A stretch of DNA of 57,414 bases, filler included, from Dimargaris cristalligena (taxonomy: Eukaryota), in the NCBI GenBank assembly GCA_003614675.1. It is 3 parts of 3 records of this genome, joined end to end, with 100 filler letters (N's around TTAATTAATTAA, not from the genome) between each part and the next. Parts side by side here need not be neighbours in the genome. Positions count along the whole stretch, not along the records: positions 19,219 to 38,271 come from ML002740.1; 2 more parts are not named here. One strand, written 5' to 3'. Made by a program: the position numbers and the translations under genes. Shown piece after piece: positions 22,389-36,003 of the stretch (position 1 is its first letter; every line of letters begins with the position of its first letter). The notes below the pieces were generated by a model. The model did not search any database. It had not been told where the DNA came from and was given only the letters and a program-made list of their open reading frames with translations.

Positions 22389-25300
22389 AGATGTGTCGTC
22401 TGAGTTCAAACCACTACTAACCAGCCCCCTCCTCCCCTTCCCCCATTACAGGATTTGTTTTATAAATAGAATATATATAATGAATGGCTTTTCAATCTGC
22501 CCAGGCCAAATCTAATTATGGGTCAGGGATGATGGGTAGAGCGAGTGAGTGAGTGACAGCATCATGCGGCCACCACTTTGCAGATGGGCCTCCTGTATAC
22601 CGTATTGTGCTGGGCCAAACATAAAATAATAATAAATCAATCAAAACCCATTATTAGTATGGACGCCAACCAGCCTTTCCTATATATTTTACTATTTTTT
22701 GAGAGGGAGAGGGGTAAGATTAATAAAAATAATCATTTCATTCTGGATCACACCTCCTCCCCACTTACGTTTACCCAAGCCGGATTATTCTTAGCAGCGG
22801 CGAAGGGGCAAACCCTTTTGGCCGACCAACTTCACACGCATGGACGCACGCACGGGGATAGGGTTCCCTGGTCTAGTTGGTTCAGCGCAACCCATAATGG
22901 GGAAGGGACATCATAATGATCACCATTCCACTGTCGGGGGAGCTCGCCTCTTCCTTATCCCTCTACCTCCGGTTTCCTCCCATTACCCCGGCGGTAATGT
23001 CCGTGGAGCTGTTTCATGTGGCAGTGGTAGTAGTGGTGGTGTAGTTGGTGATATGTGGCGGCAGGATGGGCATGGGGGAACTGGGTTCTGGTGGTATATT
23101 TTTAGACGGGATTGAGCCTCGACTAACTTGGCTTATTTATTACCTATGGCACCATACCTGGTGTATTACCACACTCCTCGATTGGGGCCGTGCCGATGTC
23201 GTTCGTTATTTTGGCGAACCCCACACACTCCGTTGACTGACAGTGATTATATATTTATTTATTTAACTCAGTTTTCGTATTTCCATTTGACACTTAATGG
23301 GAGGGGAGGAGCGCTATGATTGAATGAATCCATCGGGGGCTGGTTGATCACATTCATTCCGGGAATATCCACCCATCCATATAACAACTCCAAGTAAGAC
23401 ACTGGGCGCCCCCCAATGGCGAGAGGGCGAGTCTTGAATACCATTGCCATTAACACCGAAGCTACTGGAAATCCACACCACCACCAGTGCAGAGTGCTCT
23501 CTCACACATTCTTGTTTACATTACTACTGACACCAGGGTGATGGGGGGATTGTTATGAGGGGGTGTCCTCCTCCACCAGGATCAACAGCAATCCAGAGAG
23601 AGGCCCACCAAAAGGAAACATGTGTGGGAGATATGGAGGACAGGTGAACTAGCAACTAACTAGAGTGCTTCACCTTGGTATAGTATGCGTGAGTGATCTG
23701 AAAAGATAGTGGCGGGAGTGGAAGAATGTTTTTGACGTGAAGGCCGTGGGTGTATATGGAAGCGAGGTTGGTTGGTGATTAAGGAGAATCACGCTGTAGG
23801 ATGGTCAGAGGAGCAACGGGGAAGCACTGGAGATAGATATAATACGTTTGGCCTGATGTATCGAAGCTCTGAATTCGAGTGGACGCGAAGTCGTGTTCAT
23901 AGCCGATTAGGAGAAGAAGGTAGTTTGCGCCCGATAAAAATGGGTGCAGGCACACAGCAGCAGAGTCAGTCGGAGTTGAGAACCAGAGTAGGCAGCCCCT
24001 TTAAATGGAGAGGGATGCCTTATTTGGTAAGATGCAATAATCAGTCTACGGAGACCACTTTACCTATTTAGCAAAGACATTATGCCATTTGACATCTTTT
24101 TTTTACGAAGTTTGTTGTAAGACGCACGGGGTAGAGGTGAGTACTGCCCCTGGACAGTATACGTAAATTAGGAAGTAGTGTCTCCCTCACATGACGCGGA
24201 GAAAGCGAGTAGCCTAGGACTGTGGGGGGATACAAGTAGTCTTGCTGTCGTGGAGGAATGGGGGGGGTGTATGGTCAATGAGCTAAATGGTGTAAGGTTC
24301 TCCGCACAGTTCCGCTTTACATTACAACATTCCCCTTGATTTCCCCGTCGTGTGTTTTATATGCCCTCCTCTCCTTGGGCCTTTACGCTCAACCCAAATG
24401 TAATGTAATAAAATGAAATGAAATCAAAAGGCTGAGGAATAGAGAGCGTGTAGTGAGAGGGATGCACACACATCCACACACACTCCATCAATATATACAT
24501 ACACATATAGACTACTAGGAGAAGTTAGATAGTAGTATTCTCCCACATTAACTTACCACTACTACTCTACTCTATACATCTCCCACAACACTGGCCAGCA
24601 TGGCGCCGGGTTGCTGTTTTTTTCTTCTGGCCAGTAGTCCCCTCCAGAGTTTGGCCAATCCCCGCGTCTGCTTAAAACCCCACCCGCCGACCAAGGGCGT
24701 TGAATCCTTTTGTCTGCCTCTCTATCGTCGACTTGCTTCTGGTCTTTCCTCATTCTGTGCCTATTCTCTCTCTCTCTCTCTCTCCCTATTCTGACCGCCC
24801 TCTCCTCCTCCTCTACTATACCTTCTTTTATAGTATAGCAGCAGTAGTCACCGCCACATCTCTCGTTCTTCTGCGTTTTTCGAACAGCGAATTATACCAC
24901 CTCTCCCATAGCTTGTCCCCGAGTCGCCTCATTCGCCGGATTCTTTTCCACCTGTCTGTGTACCCCCCTTTTTTCGGGTCCTTGACGTAGCTTCACGCTT
25001 GGGACCGTCTGACAGGTCCGGTTCGTGTGCACCGCCGTACTTATCGTACGTATTTTTCCTCTCTCTGTTTCTGTCAACCCGCCTCGCCCAAACGGGCTGA
25101 ATAACACAGCTTAGCTAGGCTATACGATACACCTGTGACCCGCTTGTGTTTGTATGCGATTCGGCCAATTCTTTTGACCCTTTTGCCTATTATTATACGT
25201 ATATATCTCTTACCAGCGGACGGGGCTTCCTGACTGTATGCGCATATACTTTGACTGGTGTTCCTTTATATATATATATTCGTACTTGTGGCCCAGTCGT

Positions 25301-25941
25301 TCCACTTTCTTTCACACACCGTGGGTGCTTCTTTCTGACTCGCTGGCCTATTATACAACGGCCCTCTTGGCTCTGCTGACCCTTCCCGTTGCCCTTTCTT
25401 TTCTCTTTTTCTTCCTTCCCCACGGTCCGCCGCATTGTTCTTATCCCCCCTTCCCCTATAAATGGGTGGGGCTGCTGCTATATCTAACACTACTGTCCCG
25501 CGTGTATATGCTGTCTCCGTCTTTCCTGCACTTATAACTGACTAAGTAAACCCGGTCCTGCCTTGTTGTGTAGGTCTTTTCTTATTTGGGCACTTAGCTC
25601 TTAGTTCGAACTTTATCCCCCCCTCCTCCTTCAAAGCCTAGTAGTAGGGCCTCTTATTAATTTCTTATTATATATAAAGCCCCCCTTGAACTTTCCTTAA
25701 ACGGCCCTTCACACTTCCAACCCCCCTCTAGCACTATCCCAACCTGTGTGGCTTCCCCCTTTATCACTCTCTCTATTCCCTTCGCTATAGCCGAGCGTGT
25801 TCTTTATAATTATATATTATATATACCGACACACATCACCGGTTCCCTCTCCTCAAGGGCAAAGCTATATACATATATATAGCTACTCGGCCTAGTCCCT
25901 CCCAGTGTCACCATTACCCCGGTCTGCTCCAATCCACCACC

Positions 25942-27273
25942 ATGTTTAAATTCCTCGGTAAAATATTCCACAGCTCCGGCAAGCACAATGGTATTTCCGA
26001 CCATCGCAAAATGTCCCACGACAGCAGCCGCCCCTCCAAGCGGGACCAGCGAACTCGTCTGACCATTAGTCACCCGACCGGGTCCGAACCGGTATCTTAT
26101 CATAGTCGAGGACGGGCCGCTACCTTCCACCACCACCCCCCTCCTCCGGCTGACCTTCCGGCCCGCCACTCAGGTGGCCACCACCACCACCACCACCCCG
26201 ATCCTTACTCGGGGTACGCTACCCCTGAGGTCGCTGCCGCCGGGGGAAATACCAGTGCCCTGGACCCCATGTCCTACCACCCCTCCCATTCGACCTACCG
26301 CTCGTCCCCCTCTGCGTCCATCTCCACCGGCCATTCCGTGGTCTCCCCCCTCACCGAAGAGAACCTCCAGATCCACCTGAGTCTCAATGTCCCCGTCAAA
26401 GAGTCCAAGTACGAACGAGTCATGCGCTACGTCATGGAGCAGCGCAAATACGCCATCATGGATACCGATAGTGGCGTCGATACCGTCACATCCGAAACTG
26501 CCGTGGAACCGAGTTCGGCCTCGACCCATCAACTGGATAAGGCCGCTGGTGCCACTCCCGTTTCCCTCACTCACTACGTTTCCAAAGGTGGTGAGGGTGG
26601 TCGCCAGCAACCCATCGACCTAGATACTGGCGCTGTTCTTACCGCCATTCCTCTAGACCCGCCTAATACCTCGGATGCCCAACTTGGCCACAGCACGGCC
26701 CTTGTCACAGCCGAGCAATCAGGTAATTACCCTTCCTAACTTCTTCCTTTCCCGGTTTCTCTCCAACGCCTTCGCCTAGTGTTCGTCATGGTTACGTTTC
26801 TTGGTTGTGTGGGTACGGTCGTCTCCAAATAACTGCTCACCCTTCTCCCCCCCTTGCTTCCCCCCACCTACACCCATGCCTTCCTCCAATACCGTCCGAT
26901 CACCCAACAACCGTCCCACCATCAACCCTTCGACCTGTCCTTCCACCACTACCTTCCTCCCCCTCCTATTGTACCTGGCCACTTAGCTTACACTAACCCT
27001 CTGCTAATGTCTGACCCCTGTCCTCCGATGCCTGCCTCCGCGGTGGACCACGCCCTAATCAATCCCGGTCCTGTACCCCACTCGCACCTCGCCAGCCCCT
27101 ATCCTGATATGAGCACTCCCTTCCCCGCCGATACCGCCACCGCGGCTACTACCACCCTAGGGTCCCGCTATCGCCTCCCGTCCAAGTTGGACTCTACCAT
27201 GGAGGCCACCAAGACCCGGCGCTCTGGTGCTTACGCCGGGATTCGTTCCCTCAAACGCATCTTCCGTGTATAA
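25942..27273 (+). CDS. Hypothetical His/Pro/Ser-rich protein; probable exons 25942-26722 and 26987-27273 (~355 aa)
   Basis: 265-aa ORF with strong C-ending codon bias and start context CACCATG. Donor AG|GTAATT at 26723 and acceptor TTAG at 26986 give an in-frame 264-nt intron into ORF 26854-27273. An alternative AG at 26779 would end the protein at 26832. No family recognised. Confidence 0.65.
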
Positions 27274-30200
27274 CAGTCACGCTCAACTTCGTACCATTCT
27301 ACCACTCCCCTTACTTATTCCCACACGCTGTGTTATAATTAAGCAATGGGACGATTAGGTTATTTAACCAATCTTTTTCTCCTCTCGGTCCCTTATACCC
27401 CTTTATTTTTCTTGTACCAATCCACTGGGGCGCACGATACCTTTCTCTCATAGCCTTGCTATCTGGCAATCTTTATCTAGCTCTAGCCCGAGAATATAAG
27501 CTGGTCTGGTAATAGCTAGCCCCCCTCTTCCATCCCCTTCATAATCAGTGATATTTTTAAATGACTTGTACGTTTCGTCGACTAGCTATCACTCCACTTT
27601 GGTACCCGTTTCCCCCTCTATTCACATTTCGTCTTGCATTAGTTGAATTCATTTTTACTGACTCGCAGTGCTTCCTGAGTTTCATATGGGCCTTAATTGT
27701 TATTCGCTTCCTCTTTTATCTCAACTCGATTACTTTACTTACTCATATAATCCCACCCAGGTTAACCAATTGCATTATGCACATTGTCATTGGCCTAGGG
27801 CTGCCTAATATCCTATCCCCCCCTCCTCCCAGTCAACCCCCCACGCCCATTGACTGACCATTGTTCTCCCGTATCCATCGCCATGGATCATGTGGCCATG
27901 ATTTTATCTTCCCGTCTCTACCCCCAGTCTACCTTATTTGTACAATGTATTAATTTATCCCCCCCCCCCCCCTCTCCCTCTTTACACACACCATCCCACC
28001 TTTCTAACCTGCACTTGCCAAAGACGGCTCATAAAAAATGCCAAGACAAACTGTTGCGATTATCTATAGTACTACTTTTTTATAGGGCTATGTATGAAAT
28101 ATTAGTAATATTAGTGAACCATCTCCAATATTTATGAACTGGCTTTGGGTTTAGGTTGTATTATATGGCTGGTCACTGTGCCTCAGAAAACGGCCAAGAT
28201 TTTATAGGTTTTTAATATTTTTATATTACCAGATACGGTCATTAGGTCTAGATCGTTAATAATGTATTAGCAGTCCTGTCGAACTTTGACCCATGGCGGC
28301 TGTTAATCACTAAACGTACCCAATTCTATCATGAACCAGAGTGCGTAGTTTCTCGGAATGTCCTCTCGTCCTAGAAGTAAAATCGAACACTTATTACTTC
28401 CTGGCGGGGGTTTAACTGATGCCGGTTCTATTGTTAGTGCGGTGTTAGAATGTGTACTAATACGTACCCTAATGGCTTTGCTCATAACCTTACGTGCGAT
28501 ACTACTTAACATGCTGGACCCCCGATTTTATAGGACTAAGGTCAACACACTTTATATTCTAGCCCGAGTTTCTAAATCCGATCAACAATATATGATGAGA
28601 TCAGTCTGGCTAAATAAAAACATACCTAGATGCGACCGGGTTTTCTTGCTAAAAATAATCGCCCTGCCTATATTTACGTACAGGGAAAATTGTACTCGGC
28701 TATATAATCCGTTTGTTAGGGCCAAGAGTTGTTCCAGTTAATACATATCCCATCACCTACTCTGCTAATATCACGAGGATGGCGTTCATCAACCCGATCA
28801 AGCGGGTTTTGGGGAAGCATATGCCCGGAATATAGAGCAAGGAAGCACCAATAATTGGCTGACATCATATGACAGCATGCCTCCTCCACGTAATTGGGAT
28901 ACAAGTGCCCCCCGACTGGCTGGTTTTCTTATCTAGCTCCCCAGAAATCGGTCCCTATTCACACACGTACTTTTTAGTGGCTTATTGGTGTAGCATGTGC
29001 AAACCTGTATTTCCTAATCTAAGCATCGACAGGGTGGCTTAGAAGGAGACTGGAGGTATCAGCCAGAGCTACCAGTACGCTTGTTGTATTAATTTGTGGT
29101 TTGGGATAAGTCATGAAGCGACAGAGAGGTGGGGGAGCGCAGTAGATTGTAGAGTTTTTGTCAGCGGTCAAACGTGGCTTAAAATATACTGATAATTAGG
29201 GATATTAGTCAATGGGGGTTAATTAAAAGACTGGTCCAAACAAACTTTACTCAAAGGAGGTCGGTGTAACTAAAGTACCCGGATATCTCCACACAACCTG
29301 GTTGGTTTATCCCTAAGGAAGTGGTTCCTTTACTTTTAGTTACCAATCATTAATACGTACCGTCAAAACCTACCAGAGTAGTCTGGTCTAAGATCAACCT
29401 ACTAATTTCCAACTAAAATGATACTAATTCCAAGTAACCCTCCCCACTACGTGAAAGTTTAGACATTTATACCAGAGAGCCATTCGCTCCTATATAAATA
29501 TTACAATAGTTTTTGTGGATCGCAGAAGCACAATTATACTGAACTATATAGATTGGGTTTTTACTCAGATTCGTATTCGACGAGAGTATCGTCCGGTTCC
29601 TGGATGGTGGGGTGCCTATATAGGTTTTGGAGAGATGGAAGGCGGGATATTTACAAGACATTGGTGTATAATAGCAAATAGATGCCTCCATACTCAGCAA
29701 ATAGGTAAAATCTACTACAAACATCAGTATGTCTAATTACCAATTGGGGGCATTTGGCAATCCCTGATCCGAACAGGCACCTCAGACTAGCGGTGTCAGT
29801 AAGCACCATTACCTCCACTGTCCCGCCGGGTGTCTATTTCAGTTGGCCCTAAGCCAGAGTGGCCATTGCGTTTGTAGAGATATTCTTCTAGACTTGCAGA
29901 CAAGGCCCATGTAGTAATTTTCTGGTCCTCTCCGTAAAAGCCAATTTCATCGTATGCCCAGTCCAGTGTATATTGTTCAACTACGGAAGCTGTACCAGCT
30001 CCTTTTTCAGAAATTACCAACAATTGACAATAACCTGTGCTATAATGGGTTCTCTGACCCCGTCCTTGAAGTTGAGGCAGCACTTTCCATTGGGGTCATT
30101 GGCTCATAATAATAATCAATGTCCTCAATTTATCCACCAAGTAATGCCTTGTTGGTGTTTTAACATCCAGACGGCCCTCTAATTGCGACACTATAAGGCC

Positions 30201-30978
30201 AACCAGTATGGCCTTTGAGAGGTAGTGCAATTTCAGCCGTATCACATGTATTCTATAACCAGTCATTGTATAAATAGGTTGGTGTTTTGACGCTAGTTAT
30301 CACCCGCTGGGATATCTTAGCAGAGCCGTGGATCACCCCAATCAAACCAGGACCCACTGGAGTACATCCCCTTAGTATTGTATTGTTGTATTCGCTGCCC
30401 CGGTTGTGGTATGGTATCGCCCCTATAAAAATATTATGCTGGTAAAGTGCGGCCCAACGGTGCGGGATTTCAGATGCAATATTATATTGAGAGGGACTAT
30501 ATCAGTCCTATCCCAAAATACCCGGCCTTGCAAGCGTATTTATTTAATTATTCTGATTATTTGAAGCCCTGTATTTAACAGGACCTCCATATTTCCCGTG
30601 AAAAAGGTACTGTTTAGGCCCGTATAATGTCATCATTAAATCAACGTGGATGGGTAGGACTTGTCCATTTAGTAAGCCGGCCAATAATTCATTAGGAGTA
30701 CTATAGTCGACTTTACATTTATTTCTTTTAACGGAAGCTCAGCCGAGAGTACGCGATATATACAAGACAGAAGAAGTAATCCGTAGAACTAGTATAGAAG
30801 ATCTCTGGAAGTCAGGAGGAATTACCTAAAAAAACCCCCAGTAAAATATACCCATATTAGAAGTTCCTATGCCTCGATTTTCAAACCCCATATCCGATGC
30901 GATAGATGTGTGCGGGAGAAAGGTTGTGGTAGCCTTTGGTAAGTTTATAGAGTAGCTAGGGTTCCGCACCGGCTCGAA

Positions 30979-31257
30979 CTAGGACGTGGCAACTTCCTTA
31001 TCAGCAGCAAACTCCGTTTCATACTGGGAAATCTTGGCAGTGACTTCCGCAAGCTGCTGTTCGCGCTCGGATTTTTCCAACCGAACGTTGTCCAACAGGG
31101 ATTCGTTGGATCTCGCAAAATCCAATAAATGACGGCGCTGTAGTTTGGCAAGGCGGCCACCGGTAGGATGGGTGTTGGTCTCAGTTTAGGCAGAGGTGAA
31201 GGTGGCGGACAGAGCGGCGACAGTAGCCAGAGTAGCAACGGTGATATTGCAACGCAG
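30979..31257 (-). pseudogene. Disrupted gene for a small secreted pre-pro-protein
   Basis: One frame reads (CTG)RCNITVATLATVAALSATFTSA*TETNTHPTGGRLAKLQRRHLLDFARSNESLLDNVRLEKSEREQQLAEVTAKISQYETEFAADKEVATS*. This gives a signal peptide, an LQRR dibasic site and a helical tail. CTG stands where ATG is expected, and TAA lies at 31188-31186. Confidence 0.55.
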
Positions 31258-34200
31258 AGTGAAGGGTTTAAGGGGAGGCGGAGCTAAAATGAAAGAGAGG
31301 GGGGGGGGGAAGATCGTTGAAGTAGTGGACACGAGGTATATACTATTAAGCGTACAGCGACAGCAGGGAAATCGCAAAACTTAACTTGGCCGGGTGGAAT
31401 TATTGGACGATAGGTCGGAAAGGGCGCGCAGTGAGACTACGAGTAGAGGAATAATAGGGGGGAAGGAGGCTGATGATGGGCTGCTAGGGAGGATAAATAG
31501 ATGGGATATTTATAATAACCTGCGGAGACAGAACTGGCAGGGGTTAAAAGCAAAGTAAACGAGCTAAGATTTCGCTGACCGAATAGGTAGGCCATCTTTA
31601 AAGGGGTTAGTTGGGTGAGATACCCCGCTATTAGTGGCAGCGGATTTGGTTAGATCCGATTGGTCTCGAGCAACTTGGGAGCCCCGTTTTATTCGATTTT
31701 ATCAAAAAGAGGAGTTGTAATCGATGTATTCGATACCATAAAGGAAGTCGGCTGGCCATTTACTTAGCCGGCAATTCTTTCCGCAAGATTCGGGCCTTTT
31801 CATATTATTTTTTTATAATAGTTGGTTAAAAGCAAGGGTCGAGAGGTGAGGGTCCCGGATATGGGCAGGGAACTAGGAATAGCAAGGGGGGGCGGGGTGG
31901 CAGGGGTAGGGGAGTTGGACAACTTCGCTTTTTTATCGGAGGTGCAGCGATAGTATCTGAGCTTCCCTAAACGGTATCTCGTCGCAGAACATCGGGCATA
32001 TGCGTCTGGTATCAACTATCGACACATCTACCTATTATTAACATGTTTTATTGTCTTTCGACTAACGAAATATGTATATATTTTTTAAAATTAACAATAT
32101 CGCGAAGGCGTATTTAAAGGTCGTTCCAGTTGATTACATCTACTATTAGCCGTGCCGCAGTGTCGTATATGGCCACCTGAAAAAATCTGCAACACTTGGT
32201 GACCTTTCAGCAAGGATTTGATGAATAATAATACCCTTCGAGAGTGCTTTTACAGGTAAGTAGTGCCCTATTTTCCAGACTAATCCTCTATCAATAACAG
32301 TTCTACATTGACTGCCTTGTCCACGCACGGTTGCCGTTATTCTCATTATTCGCACTATCCTTTTAAAAGGGGTCCGGGGATACACGTTGAAAGTCGGTAT
32401 TAAGAAAACTATTACCGTTGCCTGGTCCAGCACTCCTCCCGCCGCTGCACATTTAAGATGGGAAGAGAAGAGGGGTAACCAAAAGTACGGAGGGTTCTTC
32501 CCTATATAGAATAGTAAGTTCGTAGGAGGCTTTTATGGCGAAGAGGATAGTACTAGGGTGCCCCATAGGCACTAGTAAGTCGAGCCTATCTCTGGAATTG
32601 TACCATATCCCCTAACTAATCCAACCGTAAAGCCATCTTTCGAACTACCGGATGGCCGGCTGCTGGGCATCCTAGAGACAATGGTCAGCATGCATGCTTT
32701 AGTAGGCGCAAGTCAATGGAGCACAGGCCAAGGGATATTGGTTTTCCCCCTTCGGATATTGACCCCCCGTGTACAACGTAGGTGCCCACATCCCCAACCG
32801 AGCCTTCCAATCTGCCTCTTTATCCTCGTGAATTGTGAATTTCACCACCCCCCTCCCTTCAATTGGCCTTTCCCAAAAGACAAGTGAGCGACGAAAAATG
32901 GGGCTACTATTGGTTTCACCGCACTCAACTACTCCCCCGTTCATTAATGGTGGAAAGAAGGAAAAAAGGGGGGAGGTACCCATTGCCCAGCGTCGTGCAT
33001 TCGTTAATAATGAGGCGGTCAGTTCCTTGCCGAGCTTCCCATTTTTCAATATAATTTATGGCTCAGGTCACTAGCCACAAGCCGGTCGTTCATTTGCTTT
33101 CCCACCTCGCCCTTCACCGGATTCACTCTTACATTAATATTCTACTAATCCCAACCACCCTAGACTTTTATTATTTTTATATTTAAAAAAGGCGACTCCC
33201 TTATTAGATCACTTGTTGGTTTGGGAGTACAACGGGCTTCAATTAATGGCATTACACTTCGAAAACGGTATATGGGCTATTTCACTATCAAGTCGAGCCT
33301 AAGTACTGGGGGGCCTTGGTATCAATACTCGTGGAGTTCACTTTAGCGGCCATTTTTGGCTGCAGGAAGCCACTCGGTGATTATAGGTTTCTAATATACT
33401 ATTACCAGAGTTATCAATACCATCGCCGCTGTAATATAGCCTAAAGTTCCACATTTATAAACCAACGAGGAGTTGTCATAGGGCTAAATTAATATTCCAG
33501 TACTCAGATGGATTGTAATTTTAATTATTACCCGCATCAGTTTTAAATAATATTTGACTTGGCTCTACGGAGTGGACAGGCCGTAGTGTCTTTAGTGACC
33601 AGTGGATGTCTAAATGCCATGTGGGTCTTGTGCTAATTGTACTAGTCATCTATACTAACTATACTAGGTCTGATTGGTAAATAAGAAACCGTCATAATAT
33701 CACTATTATTAGGCAATTTTTTTACTGCACAATCTCATATATGATATATTGAAAGACATTAATTTGCCAAGGATTAGTTTCCAATATACACCATTTGGGT
33801 TCAATGTCGGAGCATATAAACTAAAAAGGGCAATTATTAAATGCGATCATAGCATTACTGTATGGCTCTGCTCTGACTTTACATTGAATTTTTTGGGACT
33901 TGGTGTTATATCCGTTAGAACCCACAGTTAATAGTTTGTACAGCTTCAACGAAACCAAGTTAGTACATGCGCAAATGCATGGCTTCACAATTACCTTTAA
34001 AAGTTTAGTATTTTAGAGATATGGGCGATGTCCAACCTGGATGTAAAACATAAAATACACTGGCTGAGACAGATGTTGCTGGTTAAAATGTACATTACAC
34101 TTATTTACCCACATATATGATACACAAACGTATCCAGCCGAGTTACTATTTACCCAGGCACTAACGGGGTTGTCGGCATAATCTAACGACACTGGATACC

Positions 34201-34655
34201 AAGACTGCCAATAACCTTTAAATGGCGTCTCCATAGTTAGAAGAAGTCGTGGACAGACATGTACCGCTACTTAAACAGCCAGAGTTGAGCAAACCACTGC
34301 TACCAAACCAGAAATAAAAGCTATATCGACAATCTAGCTATTTGTTGATGTGGGGGTACATGAAAAAATTCAACCCCGTTGGATTGATACAGCCTAATAG
34401 GAGCAATTGGCGAATCGCTGGAATGGGATGGTATAGTCAAAACTGAACTTTAATAGAAGGACCAGACGATAAACATGATAAAGGTCATATATGGAGTGGG
34501 TAGCCGTGGTGATCGGTCATTCATGATATCCCAAAGTTTCGCTGAGTCAAAAAAATAAGTAAGGCTAAATGTGGTAATAGTTTTCGTATTCCACGCTGGG
34601 TTAGAGGGGGGCGCCTTCTGCGCTACGTCTCTTATTCAAAAAACACTCTAATGGT

Positions 34656-36003
34656 CTATCGACTAGGGAGAGAGAACGTCAACTGGTTTTCCATTGCATC
34701 CAAAACAGCATCCTGGTTGTCCTCAATAAGGCGGTCCAACAGGTGACTAGCCTGTGGGAATTCGTTGAAAAAATATCCCGAGTTAAAGCTTGACAATCTT
34801 TGGCCCTTGATGTTGTTGCGAATATTATCCCTAGAGCTTCCGGCGGAGAGACTGCACCAGTACCCCAAGATACGATAGAGGTCTTGCAGGTTGGGGGTTA
34901 ACTGACTCGGATCACCCACCTGTCTCATCAAAAACTGGGCGGTGGCGGGCTGGTTGAACCAAAACGCCCACATGACCGAGGTGAATTTATCCTCGGGAGC
35001 CAGGAAAATCGCCCATTGCATGTTGAATAACCGCTCCAGGGAAGTAGTGTCCCCCTTGATTGCCATCACTTTTATCGACCCATTCAACTGGGCTCGCCAG
35101 GCCGTTAAGACCCAAGGGGTCTGATTAGAGACGGGATTTCCCCCTAAAATTCGACCAGTTTGATAGACGATTTTGACCATATTTTCAATGGGTACCAATA
35201 ATCCCATGGCCAGATCGGAATGGCCCAAACGAAAGAGCCGGGGGAAAACACTGTGCTTAAGGGTAGTCGTTGCTACCCCTCTCCCATCGACTGCTTCCAC
35301 ATCAAACGACATTTCATTTCCTAAAATATAGTCGTTGATTAGTTTTTTGATCTTGGCTTGAGGGAGAGCTTCAACAAGGCCCTGGATGGCTTGGTAATCA
35401 TTGGGTGTCAGCTCATCTTGACGAACGTAGTCCCAGAAACGAGTTTGCATCTATCCGATCATGAGATGTAAGGTTAAGTACATGTTACATTGGATCACTG
35501 TGAGTTAAGGCGGCTGGATAACGCTGTTTAAATTATATACATGTATTCGACACCAACCATACCGTATATACTGGGAGTTAGGCAACTACAGGGGGGGATT
35601 TACTTACCACCTCAGTAACAACACTGGCTTCTCGAATTTCAGCTAATACATCACCCGGTTGGCCTTCGGGCTGAACGGGCGGCACGCCCTGGTTCCACTG
35701 GACTTCTTGTTGGGGCTGGGCAGGGACCGTATCCTGCTCAGGTGTGAACTGCATGGGCGGTGTATTACCGTTGCCGCCAGTTAGGGGAATGGCAACGTCG
35801 GCCGCATCCAGTCGCCGCATAAATTCAGCAGCTGCCTCTCCAGTCAGTCGGATATGCTCGATGGTGGCAGCTCGGTTGGGTTGAGGCCGTCCAGTTGGAT
35901 TATGGAAAGGATCCCCGTGGTCCGGAACCGGGGAGCCCAGTAGGGTCGGGGTTAGCAGGCCGATGGTCGGTAGCGCAAGCAGAAAGTAGGTGAACTTATA
36001 CAT
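34656..36003 (-). CDS. Secreted hypothetical protein; exons 36003-35608 and 35450-34656 (~396 aa)
   Basis: Signal peptide MYKFTYFLLALPTIGLLTPTLLG-SPVP. A phase-0 intron GTG|GTAAGT...TAG|ATG (35607-35451) joins the 141-aa and 264-aa ORFs. The C-terminal part has faint ankyrin-like helices (RLGHSDLAMGLL, AIKGDTTSLERLF, AFWFNQPATAQFLM). Confidence 0.75.

Noticed and set aside
29750-30190. Coding-like minus-strand fragments (similar ones at 37150-37700 and 50340-52020)
   Set aside because: Multiple stops and frameshifts with no recognisable family motif, so left uncalled.
30979-31257. Stop-codon reassignment explaining the in-frame TAA
   Set aside because: Intact genes here end in TAA or TAG and their long ORFs contain no internal stops, so a pseudogene is simpler.
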